From: the human T2T-CHM13v2.0 reference genome, Homo sapiens
DNA length: 64,000 bases
Direction: 5' to 3' (one strand)
Assembly: GCF_009914755.1 (NCBI RefSeq)
Contig: NC_060935.1
The notes beneath the pieces are model-generated. The model saw only the letters and a list, made by a program, of their open reading frames with translations, was not told where the DNA came from and searched no databases. Made by a program: the position numbers and the translations under genes. This document shows, one piece after another, positions 1-14,494 of the stretch (its first letter is position 1; each line of letters starts with the position of its first letter).

Positions 1-349
1 TAGCAAGCCTCTTATAATGGCAGTGTTATTATCTTACCCTCAGGTGGGCCAGCAATGTCCTAGAGTTTAATGAATCTGCAAAACAAAAGTTTGAATATGG
101 AGCAAACAGGAAGGAGGGAACAATTACCCACTTGACATATCCTCTTGAAAGCTTACCAGTCATGGTACTGTGGAAAGAACATGCTGTTTGGACTCAGACA
201 ACCTTGGATGTCAGGACCATTTGTGTCCCTTACCAGCTATGTAATCTTAGATCACTTAACCTCCCTCAGCTTCAAGTTTCTCACTTTTAAAACAGAGTTA
301 ATAATATCTGACTCATATCACTGGTGTGAGCTTAGAATATGTAAGTCCA

Positions 350-476
350 TTGTTCTCAAAGTGAATCTATGTTGTGATTCCTAACCCAGGAATGTCATCA
401 TTACTTGGAAGTTCCTTAGCAAAGCAATCTCTCTGGCCCTACTCCAGACAAACTGAATCAGAAACTCTGGGTTGGG
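350..476. mobile_element. MER5A-like fragment
   Basis: ttctcaaagtg...ctgaatcagaaactctggg motif. Confidence 0.65.
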
Positions 477-1329
477 AAGTCTTACCCCATAAAATAGTAG
501 TACGCAAAACACATGGAAAAGAGTCTCACGCGACTGGACTGGGACTTACTTAACAAATGCTGATTGTAATTATTCTTTTCACTGGGAGCCTCATTATATT
601 CACCATGCTTTTTGCTTTTCAGTTACTGTTTGTTTTGGAAGAACATGGCCAATGACAGATTTATGTTTGTTTACCAAGTTGTGGTCTCTCTTTTTTCTCA
701 AACTAAAAAGTCACATAAATAAATGAAAGAAACAGCATTATTAGTTTGTATTTCTGGCTGTGCCGTTTTAACTCAGCAGAGGGGGAGTCACGCACTCTGG
801 CAACTTCTTTATCCAGAATGTGCTGTCGTGATGCCACAGAGCAAGGCTAGGCACAAAGCTTATGCACCTGAGAGATGCTGTGACTATTTTCTTCAGTTGC
901 TTTTTTAAATTTTTTGACTAAATATACATGAAAAACATAAGCGCACACATACCTCACCAAATACAGCTTCATATTATATGATGCATAAAATTTATTGCAG
1001 TGATTTATCATTTAGTTTCTATGTAATTAAGTAAAGATGGATCCACATGTTCTGGGCCAAGTTAAAACTCATATTTTTTATGAAGAATCATAAATGCACT
1101 GCCAAACCACAACAGGAATGAGGGAAATGGCTAAAACTCACAAACCGCCTTTAAACCCTGAGGAAAGTTTGACTTCTAGAAAAGCAGTTAAGCAGAAACT
1201 TATTAACTTGCCACCGAAGGATGTAATGAAAATTTGGAGGGCCATGGATCCCCAGGATAGAGCAATGATTTCCTAGTAGTTCAGGCAGGATTCCTGAAGT
1301 CAAATATTTCCATGTCAGTAGCATTCTAA

Positions 1330-1761
<432 letters not shown>

Positions 1762-2892
1762 CTGTGGGATACATCCTGTATTATGTTCACAGTGGACCTT
1801 TGAGCACAATACAGAGTGAAATGAATATTTTTGTCCTTATTTTCTAGAGGCTCTGAGAATTTAAGTGCTTAGTCTAGGGTCCTGGCTTATAAATGTCAAA
1901 GTCAGGATTAGAATGCATGTCTTCGCTGACAAGGCTCACTTCCCTATACCACACTACTTCTGTCAAATTATGACATGAGAGACACCGACGGCTACCTTGT
2001 TCCATCAGGGTCACTTGGACTGATTTGCCTATATACCAAAAAAAGAAAAAAAATGTTGCATTTAGGGTTATTTCTCTGGGACTAAAAATCTGTGTCAAAA
2101 TATGTGGCAGAAATACATTCATCATGACCTTATTTATCAACAGTAACAAGAACAAAATGAGATACATGCTTGAGAAAATAAATCCACCAGTAAAGCAATG
2201 TTGGAATGAAAAAGAGCTTTGAAGATACATAGACCTGCGTTTGAATCCTAAATTTTGGTTCTACCACCTATTAGTTCACTAACTAAAGGCTATTAGGCCT
2301 CTATGTGCTTCCGTTACTAATTTTTCTTTATATGTGGATAGGCGATGATAGTTTCTATTTTAAAATACTATGTGAAGATCCAATGAGATAACAGATAAAA
2401 GTACTTAGCACAGTATCTGTCATAAAGTAGTTGCTCATTAAGTGTTTACTGCATAAAGGATGAAGCAAGCCATTATTAATCCTTATCATCATAGCACAGA
2501 TTAATTTATCTCTTCTCTAGCAGAGAGGAGGGGAAGTTTTGATTGCATATGGTGTGTGGAGGCATCAGGCTGATGCTGGGGAGGTAGCCATGAGTATTAT
2601 GGAATTGGATGTCTAAAGTGGGTGTTAAGAAGGGAAAAGAGGCAACTGAAAGGAAATTGGGAAAGCTGGAAGGTGGTTGGCTGATGGCTCCTTGAGGCTA
2701 AGCTTATAAGGAAACAATAGAGGATCCTCCTCTGCCCCTTCCCTGTCAGCTTCATCTCCTGTTACCTGCTGACACACATTTTACATGCTTGTGATTCCCT
2801 GCACACACCATGTTGTTTCATACTTCTGGGCTGTTGCTCCTGTTGTTTCCCAGTATGGTGTATTCCACGGTTTTCACGTGGCTTAATCATCC

Positions 2893-3036
2893 TTTTTTTT
2901 TTTTTTTTAATACTTTAAGTTCTGGGGTACATGTGCAGAACATGTAGGTTTGTTACATAGGTATACACGTGCCATGGTGGTTTGCTTCACCCCTCAACCC
3001 ATCACCTACATTAGGTATTTCTCCTAATGCTATCCC
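2893..3036 (-). mobile_element. Short L1PA 3' end (~140 bp)
   Basis: PolyT followed by atactttaagttctggggtacatgtgcagaac...cctaatgctatccct, the L1PA 3'UTR terminus. Confidence 0.88.
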
Positions 3037-3712
3037 TTTGAGATTCAACTCAAGTGTCACCTTTCCTGAAACCTTCAAATTGGACTTAGTTTATTCTTCA
3101 GTGACTTCTGATTTCTCTGTGCATTTTTCTCTCTCATCACTTCATACTCTAAAACATTGCTTTGTGTATGAATTGATCTCCCCCACTACTCTGTGAGCTT
3201 TTCCAAAGGGCAGGCTTTGTGTCTTGTTTATCTTTATTCTCCCAGAACTCAGCAATGTACCCAGTATATAATGATTATTCTAAAAACTCTGGTTGAATTA
3301 CACTGGACTGAACCAAGGTGGGAAGCATAAGGATCCTTTGCCTATTTCATTTCACTTCAGATTAGGCACTCTCTCCAAAGAAAAGTAACTATATCAGGGT
3401 TTGTGACTCAGCTCTTGGCGATTTATGGCCAGGTGAGTTTGTAAATACAGCCCCACATTCGAAACAACAATCCCAGCTTGTTGTTCTCACTGCTTTTGGG
3501 AGCTGTCATTCCAGTCAGTGTTTCTGCAGTTCCTCATTAATTGTTATTATCCAAAGTAAGCACCTGTTGAATGCCATTGTGCTAAGGGATAGGTGGGATT
3601 TGGAAAAGGGTTGCAATTTCTGCTGTTGAGATTTCACAGGCTGCACTCCTGTAATTTTGTTCTAAGGGGAGAGAGTGGGAAAGGGTTAGATGACTTGAAA
3701 CATTGACCTGCT

Positions 3713-3940
3713 GGCAGGTGGATCATGAGGTCAAGAGATCGAGACCATCCTGGACAACATGGTGAAACCCCATCTCTTCTAAAAATCCAAAAATTAGCTG
3801 GGTGTGGTGGTGCGCGCTTATAGTCCCACAACTTGGGAGGCTGAGGCAGGAGAATCGCTTGAAACTGAGAGGTGGAGGTTGCAGTGAGCCCAGATCATAC
3901 CTCTGCACTACAGCCTGGCAACAGAGTGAGACTCCATCTC

Positions 3941-3966
<26 letters not shown>
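3713..3966 (+). mobile_element. Alu (AluSc-like), missing ~50 nt at the 5' end
   Basis: Starts at ggcaggtggatcatgaggtcaagagatcgagacc and ends in a long A tail. Confidence 0.92.
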
Positions 3967-3971
<5 letters not shown>

Positions 3972-4564
3972 CAAACAACACAAACACAAAACAGCATAAT
4001 TCTCAAAGTATATTTATAAAGTTCTATTTTTTTAAGTTTGTGGGACTTCTTGGAGGGAAAAATTAGTAAATAGAAGCAGAGTAAAAATGTGGTTTATAAA
4101 GAGCTCATAATAAAAGTTTATAATAAAAACTTTGTAACTAAAAATATTATACCAAAAAGTAGTGTAAGTCTTCTCAATTCCTGTAAAAATATTATACATA
4201 ATAAAAATAAGTCAGTCAGATTTTATTCTCATAAAGAAAATCTATACAAATATTTGAAAATCACCACCAAATTTCAGGCAGTTCTTAAGGTTTAAATTTT
4301 ATCTCAGAAGCTTTTGTGTACTCTATTCACAATCAAATTTGGTTCATTCAGGATATGATGGAATCAGAAGTGTGCAGTGCAATAAAGATGCAGGGAGCAG
4401 TTTTCAAGGAAATTCCTTGGCGGGGAGTTCTACTCCTCACTCATTAATCTCAGTTTTTCCTCAGTTAGGGCTGCCATGTTTGTCATAAGGGCTGGAATAA
4501 GGAACACAGCTTAAAGGTTACCTGAGTGGGCTATGAAGCTAGCTTCCTTTTATTCTAATCCTTC

Positions 4565-4745
4565 CTCTTCTACTTACTATCTGAATGGGGAAGTCAATTA
4601 GCTTCTGTTTGCCTCAGTTTCCTCATGTGTACAATAAATGAGCTAATAATGCCTACCCCATAGATTGTTGTGGATATAAAAAGATTCATTACATTTAAGG
4701 GGTTTAGAGCAGTGCCTGGCCCATAGCAAGTGCTCAATAACTATT
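4565..4745 (+). mobile_element. MIR (one of many MIR fragments in the window)
   Basis: gcctcagtttcctcatgtgtacaat core; agtgcctggcccatagcaagtgctcaataa end. Confidence 0.75.
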
Positions 4746-7700
4746 ACTCCCTAGCTTCAGCCTTTTCTTGTTCACTGGCAAATGCCAGTGCAGCTCAGAC
4801 ATTAGTTATTTATCCATGTATTCATTTAACAAACATTTTTGAGTATTGAGTATGTGATTGGCACTGTGCACGGTGCAAATGATACAGAAAATGAGTAAGC
4901 TCCTCTCTTTAATAAGTTCATGGTATAGTGTGTGTCTGTGGCGAGTCTAGAGATGATGGTGCAAAAGAGTCTTTCAATTAAACAGACAATTCTAACGTGG
5001 GATGATAAATGCTCTGTAGTGAGAAGCACATGGCTCATTTGGATCATAAGGAGGGGAACTTAATGCAGTCTCAGAGGGCCAGGAGAGGCTTTCCAGCAGA
5101 ATTGGTATCTAAGATGAGTATGAGTTGGCCAAGTGAGAGTTGAGGGTGAGATGGGGTAGGTGTATTTCATACCAAAGTAGCTGCCTCTCTAGAGGCCATA
5201 GAGCAAGGAAATTGTATAAGGATCAGTGTGGAAAGTCAGGCAGGGGGTGGCCAGAAGCAAGGCTAGCTAAGGGTGAAGGAGTCAGATTAGCAAGGGCCTT
5301 TCCTATTATGCAAAAGAACTTTATGGCTCTATCCTGTCCTACTGGGCGGAGAAGCCCTGAAGGCTTCTAAACAGGGTTTAAAACACTTAGATAGTTTTTC
5401 TTGTTTGAATGAGTATCTTTTAAACATTATTTCTAATTTCGGGCAGAATTTACTACTTCTACCTTTGGGTCCTTCTGTTTCTCTATAGGCTCCTATCATG
5501 GCACTGTATTGCTTTATTGAACTTAACTGTTTCTAATCCTGCCTTTCCTGGGAGACTGAGGGCTTCCCAAAGATTGTTTTTTATCTATCTCTGTATCCCT
5601 AGGATCTGGAACAGTTACTGATGCTGCTGAGTAGGCATTCAATGGAAGCTTGATTTTAAAAAGAAAAGTTGATTTTAGAAAGAAAGCATTTTTTTTCTTA
5701 TATTTTTAGGACAAAGCATTATCAGATAAAATCTGGCCCATCAAGTCAGCAAAGTGAGTAATCTTGTTCACTCTGAAGGCAGTGTGAGCTCCATGAGGTG
5801 CTGCCCAACAGATCTCTAATCCACCTGTCCTTCTGTGTGCTCTTTATTAATCACTGCATGGCAAGCACTGTGCTAGGCACCAAGGGAGATATAAATACGC
5901 TGAAGACAGCATTAGATAGTTGTGAAAATGTTACATATGTACACAAAACAAACTCAATATCCCGAGGGCCTAGCACAGTGGTGGTATTGCTCAGTCCTCA
6001 GTCAATGTCTGTGAATAAATAACAAGTGAAGAAAGGGAGAGTGATATGTGTGAAATATATGGAATACATAATAAATGCTCCAAGAGTCCAGATGTGGGAA
6101 AATCTGTGAGATGGGTAAATCTGATAGGGTCTCATTGAGGTGTCCTAGCCTTGGAAGATGAGTAGGATCTGGAGAGATAGAAGGAAAAGGTGGAGGACTC
6201 TAAAGAACGAGAAATAGCATGAACATCACTTCATGCAGACTAATAATGCCTGAAGGAAATATAAGCCATTGGAAATTATGAAAGCTCTGACAACAATTGG
6301 AGTATATTGGAATTCACACAAATGAACCAGTTTTCTAGGCATATTGTAATTCGGCCAATGAATGTGGGGAGACCAGCAGTTGCTTTAGCAGACAGCCAAA
6401 GTGGGCCCTCGTGACAATGCTAATTAAAGCAAAGTTAATTAGTTAATTAAAACAGAAGTGGCAAATGGCAGTTTCTAAATTTCAGTTAAGGTGGAGGCAA
6501 CACTAATGATTCTGCCCCCTGACTAGAATCCCAGGGGAGGGTTTTGACTTCTGAGAAAATTTATAACTTCCAGCTGTAGGTCTCTGTCATCAATTTAGCC
6601 ATGAAAGGCCCATTGCATTTTAGAACCCCAGTTCCATGTGCCTGGAAATTCTGAATCTTGCAGAGCTAGAACTTTAGATTCATCAGATTCAATGCTTTAT
6701 TTAGGTCAGAACTGGCCTTGTGTTCATTTGTCAATTTGCAGCTGAAGTGAATGCCTTAAACGGAAGCCTGGCATTATCTGCTTGACAATGATTTGATGCT
6801 GCACCATGTTGTGCTGGAAATTAGTGTCTAGAACCAAAATGTTAATCACAGGGACCTCTATACATTGATGGCATAAATAGCATGTTTCCATATAAAAAAA
6901 TCTGTAGTGACTCATTTCCATTTAAATAAAAATCTCCCTTTGCTATTTCAGTGAATTGAATGGCTGATTCCGGGCCCTTTTCTATTTGTGCTCTAGGTTG
7001 AGCCAATTTAACTTCACAGAAAATTGTTGGATCTGTTAGAATTACCTCTGTTGTCTCCTTAGGTGCTCAGAGAGCTCAAAGTGATTCTTTCTCCATGATG
7101 AGAGGTGGAAATTTGCTTCGTCTAGCCCCCTTCTCACTAAAGATATGAACTACTCTTCAGGCCCCATAAACATGTCTTCTCTTGGGTCTATGATGATGTT
7201 TTCCAAAGTAAGTTCTTTGGAGCATCAGTTCTTCAGAATGTTAAGAGGTTTACTTGGAAAAAAATGGTCTTGTATACATGTTTGCAAAATGATAGAAAGA
7301 GTTAACAAATAGATGATAGGTTTCTACAGTGCAAGACTTCTCAGTGTTTATCTCCAATAAGAGAATAGAGTTTTTTCACCTTTTTGACCAAATAATTTCT
7401 TTTTCATGGAGCTATTTAATTTTTCAAAGAATATACTAATTTTCCAAAGAAAACAGTCCATATATGCTTAGCTCTAGTAATCATCAGCTAAGACCTTAAT
7501 TTAAAAACTGCTCCATTACTCATTAGTCATGAAACAATAGGCAAGTATTCTCACCGTGCAGGACCTCAAATTTCCCATCTGAAAAATGGGAGGATTGTTG
7601 CTTCAACTTGCAGTATTTTATGACAATTAGAAATGTTAGACTAGTTATACATACAAAAAGTTCTGTAAGGTGGCAGAACATAGTAGGTAGGTAATAAATG

Positions 7701-10700
7701 AACCATTTTGGGGGACTACTCTGATTTGAAACTTTTTTCCAGTCTCCTACTTTGTGCTCCACTTCTTCTTACTTCTTTCCTCTTCTTTGCTCTCTTCTCT
7801 GTTCCATTCCTCTTCCTTCTGCGACTGCTACCACCGTGACTACTACTAGGTGCTAACATTTTAGGCACTATGCACTGGATTATCTAACAAACACCTGACA
7901 CGCCATTTTTTCTTTCCATTTCCATGATAGAGATGGAAGAGGCTAAATGTCACTTTCCCATATTCTCTTATATTAGACAGTTTGGGCCAGTGAGACACAA
8001 GGGCAATTCTTATGGGACTCTGAGAAGACTTTTGTTTTCCCTAATGAAAGTACACAATGTATGGAACCATGACAACTATATTACAACCATTAGTAAAAGG
8101 CCTAGAGAATGGTAGAAGTGTTTGCCTTTGCATCACTGAACCAACACCCGAAGAAATCTCCCTCCACAATTTTTATAACATGAGGAAAATGAACTCTAAA
8201 GAGTATAAGTGTTTGAAAACAGGCTTTCTGCTACTTGCAGACACAATTCTAAAAGGTTGAGGTAGCATTTATTGAATACTTTCTACGTGCTGGTACTAAA
8301 CACTTAATGCATATTACCTCATTTACTACTCAAAATAGGAATTATTATCTACCATTTTACAGTTGAGAAAACAGACTAAAGTGCCTTATTCAAATTCATA
8401 GCTGAATTGAAATCCAGGTGTGGTTCCAAAGCCAGAACTCTAAACTAGTATGCTGCCTTTGCATTTTCCATCTGTGTACATACACCTTTCCAGGAGCCTG
8501 TACAAACTTTTGGAGACATAGTTACCATAATCTTAGATATTATTATAGTCTTCATTTTGAGGTACACAATTAGTATCCTCTTTAAGATAGAGAGCCCTTA
8601 CCATCTGCCATTCCATGTGGAAGGGACACACACGACCCCATCCAGAAACAGAGGGCATACCCAATCTCAGATTATAGCAGCCTGTTTCTTCATACACCTG
8701 ACAGAGGACAGCAGAACAGGGCTGGGTCGAGCATGGTAGATGCTTCTCCACCAAAGACCTACATCCAGAGACTTTATTTACCTATTTAAGCCCACATGAC
8801 ATCCCAAGAGATGGGCTCAATAGCATATTAAAATTTTCAAGACTGAGAAGCACAACTCAGGGAAGCAATTTAGAAGAAAATGTAAAAATATTAGAAATAC
8901 CTGAATTTATTTGTTTCCCATTAGTTAAGCTGAAGTGCGGTGAACCATGTGTTATACACTGGCTTTTCATAAAAGTAATTATCAAATGGGAGCTGAATCC
9001 CTGCATAACCAGCTATATCCTATAGTGTAATAAATATGCTAAACATCACAGATTTTGTATCACAGAGAAGAAATATTTAGTTTTGGAGCTCATGGAAGCC
9101 ATAGAGGAAAGGAATTTTAGTTTGCATCTCTTTCTAATGACTGTGGGTTAAAAAGGAGAGCAGATATCAGATGCATGTGATACAAAAGAATTATAGCTTT
9201 CCCTGCCCCTTTTTCTTATCCATATCAAAAGCAGGTTCTAGCTTGAATATGCCAGTTGATGTCAAAAAAGAAATCTCCATATAATCAGACTGTGGCCTGT
9301 GTCAGCTATAATCACATAGACAGATCAAGATTTGCCAAGATTGCAGAAAGAAGACCAAACACTTGCCAAAGGTTTCTCTTTACCCTCTTTCAGATTCTAA
9401 CATCCAAATGCACAGATTTCAAAAAAACTACATGGCCCTGTAGGAAAAACAAGTTAAAATATTGCAACAAAAATCTTTAGAATTTCCGTTTTCTAGTGGT
9501 TGGCACTATCAGTAAAATTTGTTGCTTTTGTTTGTCCCTTTGTTTATTAAATTAGAAACAAAACAGTTGAAAATATTTATTGAATGTTACTAGAGAAACT
9601 TTATAACTATAGTAAAGCAAGGGATCAGTGATCCGATTCTAGAGCAGAGACTGATGACCACAGGAGTGAGAGAGATATCTGTAATACAGGGCACTGTTGC
9701 CTTAATCTTATAAAAGTTAATAGTACAACTAGGGAGTAAGAGTGTGCACATTTGAAGACAAGCAAAAAAAGTACCTACCACATTAATACCATCCCAAATT
9801 CATTCAACAAACATACCAAAAATCATTATTGAGCATATTCTATGTGTCAAGCACCCTTCAAGGTACAGGTAGGTATTGGAGGCACAGTGATGAGCAAGGT
9901 AAAGAAGGCCTCCATCCCTAAGGAGCTTGCTCTGCTTAAATTGGAAGACAGGATGTGCTATACAGAATGGCAAAGAGCTGGACAACATGAAGATCGAGAT
10001 GCCCTGTAAAACTCAGATTGTATAATCAATGTCTCCATAGGTTTGTGCTGCCGTTTATAGTGCTGTCTTTGTTATTAAGATCATCCAGATTGTGTATTGG
10101 GTACAGTAACTTTCATGAGTAAAAGAAGACTGACAATGGTTAACTTAGTTAATCAAAATAGCAAATACTTAAGAAGGGCTTACTATGTGGCAGACACTAT
10201 ACACATGTTAACTTATTCAGTCATCACAACCAGTCTATGAAGTATGCATTTCTTTATCTCCATTTTTTCGGAGGAAGAAATCAAAGCATAGAGAGGTTAA
10301 GTGAATTTGCCTAAGGTTCTGCACCTGCTAAGTGATGCTGCCAGTATTTAATCCCAGTGCTCTCCAGCACTATACTGTGCTACCTTCAATAAAGTGCCTA
10401 CTATGTGCCAGCCATTACACATATTATCTCCTTCATTTTTTACAATCCAGTTTGTCAGATGATAGAAATAAGGTGCAGAGAGACAAAGTAGCACTGCTGT
10501 TGTTCAAACCCAAAACAATCTGGCTAGGCAGCCAGTGTTCTCTGCCACCACTCCATGCTGTCTCCCTAAGGGGCTTTCTCTAGTGAGTTTTTTACGTGCT
10601 CAGACATAGACTCACAATTCCCTTCCTCCATCAATATGCTTGTTTTATATACCAGGCTTTCCTGGGAGATTCTGTTTACAGATAGGACTTGAAGAAAAGC

Positions 10701-12193
10701 TGATAAAACAAAAGTTTGAAAAATAAATTTTCTTAGCCAAAAGGAAAGGCTGATCTTGCAGAAATTTCAGAAAAAGAATGGTTCATACAGGAGTCAGGAA
10801 GGCAGATGGAAAATAGGCCAGCAGGTTAGATATATGAAAGGCCTGCTGTGTACAGACCATGACATTGCCAGGATTTATTGAAAAAGAAGACATGAGTTAC
10901 AGTTTAATTGAATGTCTTGTACAATGTACGTAGAAAGAGATGAGAAGTGTAAAACAAGTAGAAAAGAGTTGAAAGAGGTAAGAGTACAAGTTAATAATGT
11001 AAACGAATTGGACCTTGTGGATAAAATTCAACTATCCTCTGATTTATTTTCAAACTTCAGCAGACATAGTATCTTTACCATCATAATAAGTCATACTTTG
11101 AAGATTTAGGGCTGACAGAAAAGTAGGACTTTCCTGCAGGCTAAGTGATAGTATAGGAGAATAGTTCAAGAGATGTTATTTAGATATGTAGCTTCCATTT
11201 GAAATCTACATATCTTCCATTTATTTATCTAGATTTTAGAAATACTGTTAAATTTCAGAAGAGTTAGCAGGGCTGATGTCTTGACCAGCTCTTTTGATTA
11301 CACATTACACTTCTTAAATAGAGGTGATACATAGTCCCAGTTATCAACAATTGGTGTTGCCTTTTTCATACTTCAACATTTTTCCCAAGCCACTGATAAC
11401 ATGATCTTGTCTTTTGAAGTGCTTTGGGATCATTTATCACATAAGGAAGTTCCTTATATGGGGGAAATCATTGGCTTCTGGCTTTAGATTCTTTTCAGAT
11501 TGAAATGGTCGAATAACTACTACCTGTGATATTGAACTTGGGGTGGGATGAGACTATAGGCAACAAAGAATTGGGAAAATGACTGGTTGTTTTTATGTGC
11601 AAAGTCACTTTGTTGTTTTGCCCTTTTCAGCTGCTTAGACATCTCCTAAAGATTTCATCTTGCCCATTAAGAACTAAAATATAAATCCTACATTCTTGTG
11701 CCTCTATTGGATGGGCATTTAAGCACTCTTCTGGCTTGAATAAGGTTTAGGCACGTACAAGTGCAGTCTGATGTGTCGAGTTCTTGGCATTTTGCTCTCA
11801 GTATAATCTTTGTTAGTAATATATTTTTACTCTGTTCTGGTGAACTAGAATTTAACCCACAGTATAACTCTGTCCCCTCAGAACTTGAGGGTCCTTGCCT
11901 TGGCTTTGTGAGCTAACTCTGCTCTGTCTGCCCTCTCAACCTCACTCCCCCTACGCTGTAACTCTGCTTTATTAGAGATTTTGACTTCCATGTTTCTAGA
12001 CTTGGCCTAAGTAATTGGACCCACATCCCATTAACCCCATAAATACCATTTTATGAGAAGGTCCATGCCGTAAGTCACCCTGCCTCACATGGTTTCATTT
12101 ACCCAGATTTCTCCCATTTAAAAGACCCAGGAAACACATGCCTCTGCTCCAGTTTTAGGGGCCAGCATCCCTGTAAGCCCCCACAACTTTTAC

Positions 12194-13133
12194 CTTAAGG
12201 TTTCCCCAGAGGAGCCCCTTCTCTTCCACAGGTTGACTAGGCTGCTGGATCTGCTGGCTGCGGAGGATGACTTGCCATCCCCTACATGCATGCGCACCAC
12301 GGTAGATGTGGTGAAGGCGCTGCGCACGTTTCTCTCTGGTTTGGCCAGGATGATGTACACCTTCGGCACAAACATGCAGCCTAGGGCCACTGTGGCACTG
12401 AGGCTGACCGAGAAACACATGGTGATGATTTTGTAGTTGCTGCCAAAGTAGATTGGCACAAAAGCTAGCCATATAATGCAGGTCGTGTACATTGTGAAGG
12501 CGATATACTTGGCCTCGTTGAAGTTAGCTGGAACATTTCTGGTCTTGAACGCATAGAAGGTGCAGCTCAAAATCAACAATCCATTGTATCCAAGTGGAGT
12601 GACAACTCCTAGGTTGGTGGTGTTACAGATCAGGTAGACTTCTCGAATGCTTGGGTAGTCATGCATTATGTCAGGAGGCTCCATTATAAAGAGGGCAACG
12701 ATGATGCCCAACTGGATGCATATGAGAATGAAAGCAATCACTAGCTGGGCACAGGCACTCATGAATCTGGGCTTTTTGGTACAGATCTTCTTCTTGCTGC
12801 CAGCCAGGATCCTTGCAATACGGTTGGTCTTTGTTACAAGGGCTGAGTAGCTCATGGCTGGGGAGAGACCAATGCCAATTCTCTGAAGGTAGCAGTAAAT
12901 CTGTTTGGGCTTCGCAATGAGGCAGAAGGTACATAAGTAGCCCAGGCAGATGCCAGCAAGGATAATGTAGCAGAGTTCCCTGCTTGAGGACTTGACTACT
13001 GGTGTATCACGGTAAATGATGAAGACTACAGTAACAAACAGGGTGGCCAGGAGGCCAAGGCAGGCAAACACCACAGCTGCAATGGGTTCAGGGTCACCCC
13101 ATCGAAGATACTGTACTGGGATCAAGTCACAAC
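12194..13133 (-). CDS. GRM5: GRM5 coding exon, 940 nt (exon 8), 7TM domain and proximal C-tail
   Basis: Acceptor tctgcag|GTTGTG, donor TTAAG|gtaaaa. Lies within ORF 12190..13188: GCDLIPVQYLRWGDPEP...FNEAKYIAFTMY...VPKVY...WKRRGSSGETL, with class C GPCR motifs. Confidence 0.99.
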
Positions 13134-14181
13134 CTGCAGAGACACAAACACATATTGTAAAGGAGGGAGAGATGTTGACTTGGGTCACATATCCCTAAGT
13201 TACAAGCAGCTGTTTATGACCATTTCAGTTTGTTCCCCATCTACCTTTCTAATTTCAGAATCTCCTGCTACTTATTGTTTCATGTATTCATTCAGAAAAC
13301 GTTAATGATGATATTACTGAACATGTACATGGTCTGTGATAGGAACTATTCTAGGTTCTGAAACAAAATAATGCAGAACATGTTTCCTGCTCTCATAAAA
13401 AAAAATCAGTGGCCTTTTAAACAACTGTAACTGTGATAAGGGTCATGAAGAGGTATAACATGGGTTCTAAGCAGTCTCTTGAAGCAGCAAAGGCCTCCTA
13501 CAATAGGAATGAGCAAATAAATGTGTTGGTTTGATGGAGTTGGGGATTTCATGGGCTTGGCAAACTTACAGTTAAAGTACATTAACTGTAAGGAAGAGAG
13601 GCATGAAGGGAAGCCACTGTATGACAGTGTAACAAGTGGCCTAAGATGAGGCTGGGAGGTAGGGAGGAAGGGGATCTTGCAGGTTAGAGAATCCTAGATC
13701 AGTAGGAAGTTATTCTAAGGATCTTTGTAGAGCAATGACAAGCTCAGATTTGTGTGTGCGTGTGTGTTTTAAACATTTCTTTGGTTTCTGTGTGGGTTTT
13801 GGATGAGATAAAGGTGTGCACACATTTAAGACTTATTTTAGAGCCATATAGAGTGTTTGAATGGATGTGGGAGTGTGTGAAAAGTGAAAAAGATATGAAA
13901 TATGACCAACACTAGTAAAGAAGAGTTGGAATTTTCAGAGAATCTTGTGGTCTAGATGTTTTAGAAGATTCTGTTAAAAAAAGGAGGAAGTTCATTTTTA
14001 TAAGAAAACTGACCCCAAAGGCAAACAATTGGCAGGCAAGGGAAGTGCACCACTCTCAAAATCGTTCCTTATTCTTTATTTATGATATGGAGTTTTTAAA
14101 TTATTCCTTGATTATATAGCAGAAAAATAGTGACAGAATATAGCATCATTTGGATTATCTGTCTTTTACAATTTTTTAGGA

Positions 14182-14382
14182 CAGTGGTTCTCAAAGTTGG
14201 CTACACACTAGAATCACCAAGACTATATATATACATATTTACACACATATATAAAATCCTGAGACCTGGGTGTCCCATTGGTTGAGCTTCTGACTTAATT
14301 TGTCTGAGTGTGACATGGGCATCAGGATTTTTTAACAATACTGCAAGTGCTTCTAATGTGCAACCAAAGTTGAGAACCATTG
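14182..14382. mobile_element. MER5-family hAT-Charlie MITE
   Basis: TIRs cagtggttctcaa / ttgagaaccattg. 8-bp TSD ttttagga / ttctagga. Confidence 0.88.
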
Positions 14383-14494
14383 TTCTAGGAGGATCATTCC
14401 TGTCAGTTAGACTTGAAAGAAAATGGACTTGAGATAGCTTCACTGAGTAAGTAGGAAAGGAGGCAAGTAATCTGGAGCATTGGGCATTTGAGGA

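Noticed and set aside
12155-13198. Alternative-frame and antisense ORFs over the 7TM exon
   Set aside because: They are shadows of the GRM5 coding frame, with no recognisable protein features.
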